The translations under genes were made by a program, and so were the position numbers. The notes below the pieces were generated by a model that did not search any database, had not been told where the DNA came from, and worked only from the letters and a program-made list of their open reading frames with translations. Shown here piece after piece: positions 54,369-64,000 of a DNA stretch of 64,000 bases. How positions within the stretch are numbered: the stretch's first letter is position 1; each line of letters starts with the position of its first letter. Source of the DNA: Octopus vulgaris. Taxonomy: Eukaryota. The stretch spans positions 6,262,001-6,326,000 of the forward strand of contig OX597825.1 in assembly GCA_951406725.2 (NCBI GenBank), read 5' to 3'.

Positions 54369-54765
54369 AAGAGGGTAAGCTGGCAGAATCGTTAGCACGC
54401 CGGGAAAAATGCTTAGCGGCATTTTGTCTTTATGTTCTGAATTCAAATTCCACCGCGGCCGACTTTGCCTTTCATCCTTTTGCGGTCGATAAATTAAGTA
54501 CCAGTTACTCACTGGGGTTGATATAATCGACTTAATCCGTTTGTTTGTCCTTGTTTGTCCTCTCTGCGTTTAGCCCCTTGTGGGTAGTAAAGAAATAGGT
54601 ATTTCGTCTGCCCTTACGTTCTGAATTCAAAATTCCGCCGAGGCCGACTTTGCCTTTCATCCTTTTGCGGTCGATAAACTAAGTACTAATGAAACACTGG
54701 GGTCGATGTAATCGACTTACCACACTCCCTCAAAATCGATACCTTGTGCCAAAATTTGAAATCAA
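54369..54765 (+). mobile_element. SINE family B composite: old head, core, young tail, core, old tail
   Basis: Junction AAAGAAATAGGT|ATTTCGTCTG at 54600/1. Degenerate TSD AATA(T/C)GT(A/C)C(G/A)ATGATT on both sides. Confidence 0.9.
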
Positions 54766-55581
54766 TACGTCCAATGATTCACAAATTATTCTACTTGACG
54801 TTATTTTCTATAATAAATGCTCCACTTAAATTCTCAGACGTTGTACATGTATACGTAACCAGAACTACCAAGACTCATACATATTTACATATACGTACAT
54901 GATCCTACAAACAGGTTACAATTTCTAAAGGCTTTCAGGGGACAACAGGCTTAGTTTATGCAAAATTTACGCATTTAAAACTTATTTGATACATTCCGTG
55001 CAAAAGTTACAACTGTAAATAATAAACATTCTTCGTGTTCACTGCAAAAGATTTCGAAGAAAAATATTCCTTGTATATACATGCGGCGGCACCAACAACA
55101 AACCTTGGTCCTCTGAATTCTCTATCTGCAATTTCAAATTATTTCTGGGTTTTGTTCTGTTTATATCATGAAATATATACGTGCAGTGTAATAACAAGTA
55201 AATACGCGGAAGTTCAATACTTGATACCTCTCAGTAAGCTGAATATAAAAGGTAATATTTGACTATAATGGAAATATATCATGTAGAATAATTAATATTG
55301 GAATAAGTGTATATATATAAATACATAGAGCGTATTAAATGTACATCGATGACACGAAGCGTATTATATATATATTGATTAGATTTGTGAATGAGCAAAA
55401 GGAGATTAATTTGATCATAAGAATATTTGAATATGAACAGATTAGTTGAGCATTATGAACTAAAGAAGACAGCAAAATGAACTTTCGAATGCCAAAAATT
55501 AAAAGAACGACTCCAGCCAGTAATTAAAGCTTGTGACGAATGATTAACCATATATATATATATATATATATATATTGATTA

Positions 55582-55930
55582 GCTCTCTTTGCTCTTTTTT
55601 ACTCTTTTAGTTGTTTCAGTCATTTGACTGCGGCCATGCTGGAGCACCGCCTTTAGTCGAGCAAATCGACCCCGGGACTTATTCTTTTTTTGTAAGCCCA
55701 GTACTTATTCTATCGGTCTCTTTTGCCGAACCGCTAAGTGACGGGGACGTAAACACACCAGCATCGGATGTCAAGCAATGCTAGGGAGACAAACACAGAC
55801 ACACAAACACACACTCATACATATAAATATATACATATATACGACAGGCTTCTTTCAGTTTCCGTCTACTAAATCACCTCACTAGGCTTTGGTCGGCTCG
55901 GGGCTATAGCAGAAGATACATGCCCAAGAT
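55582..55930 (-). mobile_element. SINE family C lacking its head, between (TA)n tracts
   Basis: Aligns with 9632-9958. Confidence 0.88.
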
Positions 55931-55958
55931 GTATATATATATATATATATATTTTGAT

Positions 55959-56003
<45 letters not shown>

Positions 56004-56008
<5 letters not shown>

Positions 56009-56215
56009 ATAAAAAAACGGAGAAAAAAGGCAAGAAAAACACCAGCGCAAGGACGTGGTACATGCAAAGTATTAATAAGGCGCTCAGAGAAAGAGAGAAA
56101 GAGTGGTTGTTTTATGTTTCGAGCAAAGCTCTTCTTTGGAAACAGAAGACTTAGGAAAGTCTAAAAGAAAAGGAAGAAGGAGGAAAAAATCGCCAACAGT
56201 ACACGTGGACTGTTC
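56004..56215 (-). mobile_element. Penelope-like terminal fragment with decayed hammerhead-like motif
   Basis: Homologous to 16954-17160. Minus strand TTTCCAAAGAAGAGC-TTT-GCTCGAAACATAAAAC. Confidence 0.55.
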
Positions 56216-56619
56216 CGGGATGATAAGATCAACAAAATAAAATACTCCATCTAGTGGGAGATAAGTGTTATTTAATAAACACAAAATATGTTTTTATGTG
56301 ATACTGTTAATTCCAGGCGATGAAAGCATTGCCAGAGAATATTTTTTAACACGTCATCGCAATCTTTTAACACTGCCCACATGGCTAAAGATAGGACGAT
56401 AAGAAAAAGCGAGAAAAGGCACGAAAGTAGATATAAACGGTGGAAGGCCTAATTGACTGAAGGTAGAGAATCATGGAAAATGTTTAACAAGCAAGATAAT
56501 TAACAGGTGCTCACGCTCAGTGAAATCATCATATAGCCGCTGCCCTAATATGAAGGCATCGTTACACGAGAACAACACCAAGAGCCAACACTCAGTTGTA
56601 ACTGTCCCGGCTTTGTCGT

Positions 56620-56905
56620 TGAAGCAAGTAGAACGACCATTTTAAAGACGTAGGACGTTTGCAAGAGAGATGAAAAAAAGTCAATAAATTTAGACGTCCT
56701 GAGATGGGAGGAGGTCGCAAATGATCGCCCATGATGGAGACAGATACTACGCGAGGGGATGGAGCGAAGGAAAGAGACTCTGGAACTTGTCGCCAAAGAA
56801 AAGCACGCTGGAATAAAGTAAAAGTCAGGTGGAGAGCATCTTCAAATGCAGTCGCCAAAACCTTCATCTTCTTTTCAGCGTTTTCTTTACTGACCACTCA
56901 TACGT
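56620..56905 (+). mobile_element. RTE-clade LINE ORF C-terminal fragment
   Basis: DVCKRD / KSINLDVLRWEEVANDRP*WRQILREG matches the RTE motif KDxxKRDMK...WEExAxDRxxWR. Confidence 0.75.
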
Positions 56906-57460
56906 AGACCTTGTGGCAAATAATAAAGGAAATTATTATTTTATTATTGTATTCTGTTGCTTTTGCTTTCTACTGATATTCTTATTCTAGGTTTGCTCTT
57001 CGACATATGCTGAATCATAAAAATAAATCAAGGAAATATTCAAAGACTAACGCATTTATATGGCTATAGGTCAATGTATTATATCTTTGCGTAACGAAGT
57101 TATTGGAATTGATATAAAAATAGAAAATCAGAATGGTTCAAGATATCTGCTTTGACAGTTTATGAATAGTATATGTACGAAAGCGCATGTGTGTTGTTGT
57201 GTGAAGTTATACGTTATTGGATGTCAATACGGGAATGTATGTATATTGATGTCACGTGGATTGTATTTTGGTAGGAGCTGTGTACATTAGTGGCCAGTCA
57301 AGAGGAATCTTTGCATATTAATATTTTTGTGTGTATATTTGCATTCTTAATATATACATGGTATTATCAAAAATTCATACAATGGAATATAAACTTACCT
57401 TTCCGGCAACTGAATATTAATTCTACACAATAAACAGAAAGCAACCTTTAAATCAATCCA

Positions 57461-57976
<516 letters not shown>

Positions 57977-58188
57977 TCCTGTCTGCCTTAGCATCTATTT
58001 ATCTATCTAGTTATCTTCCTATATGAGCGTGTGTGTGTTTATATACGTATATATTGCTATTAACGTATATATATGTGTGCGAGCGCATTGAGTGATTGTG
58101 TGCGTGTGTGTGCGTGCGTATTTCAGATAACCAAATTAACATAGATATATGTATATACATACATACATACATACACACATACACACAC

Positions 58189-58232
<44 letters not shown>

Positions 58233-59429
58233 GTATATATATAAGTGTGTGTGTGTGCGTGCATATATAAATGCATGTATGTATACTTTAATTCGGTTAG
58301 CTGAAATAAAAAAAAATTATTGAAGCTGTAAATTTCCCCAACTGCAATTATTTCTGTACCGTCTGTCAGTCATTTTGATTTTAAAACTTGCCAGAGTCAA
58401 AGAGCGACCACGCTTTGACGGAATGTTGATACGTAACAAACGGAAATCATTTTCGCTGTAATTATATTCAGAATCTTGAGAAGATAATTAGCTTCGTGCA
58501 CCCGGGCTAATAGGATCGCAAGAGAAGATAGAACATAAGACGCAAAGGTAAATAGTTTAAACGCTTGTCATTTGCTCGTGCATCTCTGCATACCGGTGTA
58601 TTCGCATGCATGACACATACAGCTAGTAGTGCATGGGCATGGACGTAATTACGTATGGAAGATATACATACTTACATAAACTTAAATATTACTCATGTGG
58701 AATATATTTGCTAGAAGCTGTATCGAATTACCTCAGCTTGAATATAATTACAGAAAAAAGAAATATTACTTTACAGTGTAATCATTGGTTTTGGAATAAT
58801 TTGGTGTGGAGTGCAAATATTTCAGATGATGAGAGGACGAAATAGATATATATTTGACTCACCGAAGTCTCATTTAAGATGCATAACATACAGCAAATAT
58901 ATACTTCCGGTACGTTTATGCGACGCCATATTTTTGCTTAAAAGTTCATCTTGCATTTGAAGAAACGAGATAGAGAATCCTGGACTATAACTGTGAGGCG
59001 AAGACAGCTAACAAGAGGGACACTAAGTGCAACTTACTGTATATGCAACCGAGCGTGTGTGTGTGTATGTGTGTGTATAGTTAAAAAGTAAAAGCGGAAA
59101 CTGTAGAAAAGTATGTTTAAACATTGTTTGAATTTATTACATTAAATGATTTTTATAAAATATTACCGGTTTCGGTGTCTATGCCCAACTTATACATTGA
59201 AAGTTCAATGTAAAAAATTGGGAAAGAATTAGGAAATAAGAAAACATGGAAATCAAAACCAGTTTGTTCTCATATTTTGTGTGAAGTTAAGAACATGTTT
59301 GGAATTTTATCTTAAAGTCTCTTCTTTTATATGTCAACGTAGGAGTCTGGAATGGAGTTCAACTGGTCAAGTGTCAGAAATTCTATTGAATTGAAAAGAG
59401 AATTTCTATTTAGGTTATGCTCTGCAATG

Positions 59430-59557
59430 AGTGTGTTGTGTGTGTGTGTGTGTGAGTGTGTGTGTATGTGTGTGTGTGTGAGTGTGTGTGTATGTGTGTG
59501 TGTGTGTGAGTGTGTGTGTGTGTGAATGTGTGTGTGTGTGTGTGTGTGTGAGTGTGT

Positions 59558-59624
<67 letters not shown>

Positions 59625-59737
59625 TGTGTGTGTATGTGTGTGTGTGTGTGAGTGTGAGTGAGTGTGTGTGTATGTGTGTGTGTGTGAGTGTGTGTGTATG
59701 TGTGAGTGTGTGTGAGTGTGTGAGTGTGTGTGTTTGT

Positions 59738-59795
<58 letters not shown>
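59430..59795. repeat. Long (GT)n microsatellite with periodic GA/TA interruptions
   Basis: Seen directly. Confidence 0.96.
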
Positions 59796-59796
<1 letters not shown>

Positions 59797-60229
59797 GTGT
59801 TAAGTGAATAAAAGATGGTCTGAAAGGATTTGGAAGAAATTGATTTTCTTTTGCTTTTTTTGGGGAAAGAAAATATTATTTTTGATTCAAAATATTTTTT
59901 ATTTCCTTTTTATTCAGAATAAGGCCAGCTATGTGTATATATTGTGTTAGATGGATTTTAAGGGTGGTCATCAAGGGTGTTTAACGGTTTAAGGGTGTTT
60001 TGGAAGGATTTATTTTTCGTTTGCTTTCTTCTGTGTGTGTGTGTTTGTTTGTTTTTTAGGAATATGTTGTTTTGAGGAAGGAATTATTTTTGCGACAAAA
60101 GATTCTATTGAATTCAGTACTTGAATTCTTTATGAGTGTGTGTGTAAACTATAGATTATTATTTATTGACTAATGGTTAATGGTGGATGTTCCCGTATTT
60201 AATTGTGGTTTATATTTGCTAATGAATAA

Positions 60230-61540
60230 CTGGACAGTCGGTCAGCCACGGCTCTTGCATAGCGATGTGGAGTTCCGCGAAAGGCCGTGACAGTTGAAGA
60301 AATACGGGAAGCGATGTGTGACTGCTCGTGGAAAAGCAAGCTCATGCTGTCCAATAGCGTTGCTCAGCGATGGATGGAGAGACGGACCGCTTAAACTGCT
60401 CGGTAGAAGTTGCTGAGGCTGGATAATCTGTTCTATGGGCTACCAAAAATACAGCGTTGAAGAAGAGTTGGGCCAATGTGCTAGCTAAGAGGTTGGTGCC
60501 TCACGTCGATATTCAGGTAGGTAAGCCACAGACACGCGCCATCTCAAGCAAATCTATCCATGACGACCTCCAGCTTACGCTATACATTATTCAGAGCGAG
60601 GGTAAAGAACCTGCCATGGTTGAGGCGAATCAATTTAGATCAGTCGCAAGCCTTCGGGAAGGTCGATCATGAATACTTGGTTGATATTCTCAAGGAAGCT
60701 GGTTCAAGTTTCGGATTCGTCTTCAGAGACCGGATCGCTGAAACGTATCGCAAATGTAGTTAGAGTAAATAGCCATTTGTCAGAGTCGTTCAGTATCATG
60801 CGATCGAGCCGTTAAGGATACTGCCTCCTGCCCCTTCTGTATGTATTGACCCTTGATCCACTACTGCAGAACTTGTAGGTTTCAAGGGCCATCTCATTGG
60901 GAACTAGGATGCGGAAGATTCGTGCTTTCGTACGCGGACACCTTCAGCATGATAGTTTCGAGCACCAAACATATCTGGTTGATTGGCATTACTCGAAGGG
61001 AATACAAATCAGTAACCAGAAGAAATCGTAGGGTCTCCAGCTTGGCATCCGGAGAAGCAGGTTCATGCTATCCAACAGACTCGTTGAACGCTGGACAGAC
61101 AGACGAGATAGACTGTGCGAGCTTTGTTTTAGTCCAGACTTTCAGGTAGAAAAGAACTGGGAAGAGATCACGAGCAAGATGGTTGTTTTCACCTAGAGAT
61201 GGTCAGAGAGAAAACTATCTCTGCAGGGCTAAGAGGAGGTGGCGAATGCTTCCATTACACCAGTCATCTACTACCTATTTCTTTACTACCCACAAGGGGC
61301 TAAACACAGAGAGGACAAACAAGGACAGACAAACGGATTAAGTCGATTATATCGACTCCAGTGCGTAACTGGTACTTATTTAATCGACCCCGAAGGGATG
61401 AAAGGCAAAGTCGACCTTGGCGGAAATTGAACTCAGAACGTAACGGCAGACGAAATACCGCTAAGCATTTCGTCCAGCGTGCTAACGATTCTGCCAGTTC
61501 GCCAGTCATCTACTACCAGCTGACCGTTCGTGCTTTGACT
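60230..61540 (+). pseudogene. Decayed Tx1/L1-clade LINE reverse transcriptase, interrupted by a SINE
   Basis: ANVLAKRL..QTRAISSKSIHDDL, INLDQSQAFGKVDHEYL, VRVNSHLSESFSI..R*G..LLPLLYVLTLDPLL, SYADT and EKNWEE..RWSERKLSLQG appear in the expected order, with stops and frameshifts. Confidence 0.85.
61276..61501 (-). mobile_element. SINE family B monomer with perfect TSD, nested in the Tx1 relic
   Basis: 16-bp TSD CCAGTCATCTACTACC at 61260-61275 and 61502-61517. Confidence 0.95.
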
Positions 61541-62319
61541 AGCTTCGTATTTAGTTTTAGTTTTCAACTCATATACCTTTACCGCAGCCAAATTTCTCCT
61601 GAAAATGTAAACCCTTTTGTGATTTTTAGTGCAAAATCTCATTTAGTTATCTTAAATTTTCATTTCGTTACATTTTTGAACATACGAGTGTTAGTCTCTG
61701 TTCCTCACGTGTTGCAGCGTTTTGTTCCTCTTGGCTTGTGTCTTGTCAACGTTTGTAGCTTTGAATATTTCCGAATGTAATGAAAGTTTATTCATTCTAA
61801 CCGAGACAAGGCATTCAGATATACGTTTTAATATATATTCCGTTTCTACTCTCTTCCTCGTGGTTGTTACTATCCTACTTATTACATACAGTTAGTAATT
61901 GCCATATGTCTACATCCAGATAAAAATGACTTCAAATACGATAAAGAATATCGAAGCCAACTCAGGAGAGACTTGCTTTAACATAGCATTAGCAAATACT
62001 ACGACAATTTGCTCATCTTACCTAGAAAACAGGATTAAACCGATGCACAGGGATCCACTATAAGCTCGTAAACTACTCAATCTACAAAACCTATGTAAAC
62101 TATTCCATTCAGTCGGGTTTGGTCGTTTTGAATTTAGATTATCGTGATAGATGTTAAGACTCTTTAGATAAAGTTAAATGCGTTTCATCTCGGCCTTAAA
62201 ATTTATTATGTGTTTTTTTTAACTGCTGTGTTCGTAGGAAGACACAATGCCCCGTGGCCTTTGAAGGCCTTTCTAGAGATCGATAACACTGACGTAATTA
62301 TGTGGCATATATAAGTGTG

Positions 62320-62331
62320 TATGTTTGTATG

Positions 62332-62365
<34 letters not shown>

Positions 62366-62662
62366 TATATGTATGTATGTGTGTATGTATGTATGTATAT
62401 ATGTATGTATATATGTATGTGTGTGTGTATGTATGTATGTATGTACGTATGTATGTATGTATGTATGTATGTATGTATGTATGTATGTATGTGTCTCTTT
62501 GTTGTCTGTCTGTTTGTCTGTCTATCTATCTTGGAATCTGTCTGTAAGATTGTATATATATATATATACACACATATATACATTCTTCTATCTATCTATC
62601 TATTTACCTACCTACTTACCTACCTACAATCTACCTACCTACATACATATCTACCTACCTGC

Positions 62663-62756
<94 letters not shown>

Positions 62757-62800
62757 CTCTGTCTATCTATCTATCTCTCTGTCTATCTATCCATCCATCC
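62320..62800. repeat. Compound (ATGT)n/(TATC)n microsatellite
   Basis: Seen directly. Confidence 0.93.
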
Positions 62801-63856
62801 ATCTCCATATCTATCTACACAGATGCCGTAGTTCGTGCATAGAAAGGTTTCACTAGGTACATTTCCTAACAGTTATCTCCCTTATCACATATCAAGTGTG
62901 GGTATGGATCATTCGCACGCACACTTAGAACATACTCTTACTCTCATACACATTCGTGTACGATGATTGGGGAAGATAAAGAGTTGGATGTGTGGAGGAA
63001 TGGAGGAAGGCAGAGAGAACCTTTTAAACCAAACTTCATAAATGACATATTTGAGTAACAAATGTCAAATAAGTGAATCCATTTTGAACACAAATGTCGA
63101 GGATGAATTAAAAACTCTACTTTTTAACTGCATAAAGCGTTTTTTTTTAAAAACGTGACTTTTAGTTTTATTTCAAAGTTTTGTATAATTCCATTGTTTC
63201 AAGAATGTTTCCATAGCAGAGCAACGGGGTGTTTCCATTTAGCTCCCACATCAGTTCTAGAGTGTGTATACAAATTCTACAATAGGTATGTATATCGTTG
63301 ACATTTGATGTGCATCATAAGTTTTTGAGATTAAAAGAGTTTTTGATAATTTTTCTCTCGTTTGTACTCTGGCTGGTTTTGAATTATCGATTATAGTTCA
63401 ACCAACAACGATAACTAAGCTACTCACGCGATGAACAGTGAACATAATAACAGCATCTTCGCAGTTTTAAATAACGACAAGCTATCATCTTAATTGGCAT
63501 ATACATATTTAATCATCGTGTTCTTCAAACAGTTTCTAATGAAATGTCATCCTAATCTCCTTCATTATCCTTCAAGTAGATTCGTCTCATCTATGACCAA
63601 TTTTATAAATAGTAATTCATATTAATTATTGCAATTATTAATCACCACGTTCTTCAAGTGCACTTTTAATAAATCGAATCCATTCAACATTTCCGAGTTT
63701 CGTGGATGAAGAGAAAATATTTGTAAATAACTCATTAGTTTCCTGATCTTAATGTTCTCCGTCTTGTCTGATTCGTCCAAACAATGCACGACACACACGC
63801 ACAAATACAATATATATATGTGTGTTTGAATGTATATATGTATGTATATATGTGTA

Positions 63857-63910
<54 letters not shown>

Positions 63911-64000
63911 TTGTTTTTACCTCGCCTCACACACCACAACACACACGCATACGCACACACTCACACACACACACTTGTTGCGTTACCAACCTTGTCTCCA

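Overview
AT-rich eukaryotic genomic DNA, dense in microsatellites and retroposons. Its repeat families point to a coleoid cephalopod, most likely Octopus (inferred from SINE/LINE types, not checked against a database). No protein-coding gene can be called with confidence, and nearly all supplied ORFs are translations of simple repeats. The window holds about 20 tRNA-derived SINE copies from four families, decayed LINE fragments (Tx1/L1, CR1, RTE, R4/Dong), Penelope-type terminal fragments, DNA transposon relics (mariner, Tc1-like, hAT, MITEs, a Helitron) and a possible Gypsy relic. The main observations are: (1) one SINE family repeatedly forms head-less 184-bp concatemers joined at the same nucleotide, including a circularly permuted multimer with its own target-site duplication; (2) two near-intact type I hammerhead ribozymes plus several decayed ones; (3) a 30-bp hairpin whose only non-Watson-Crick pairs are G-U; (4) two closely spaced inverted SINE pairs; (5) SINE-LINE tail sharing and tail swapping; (6) speculative small exons.
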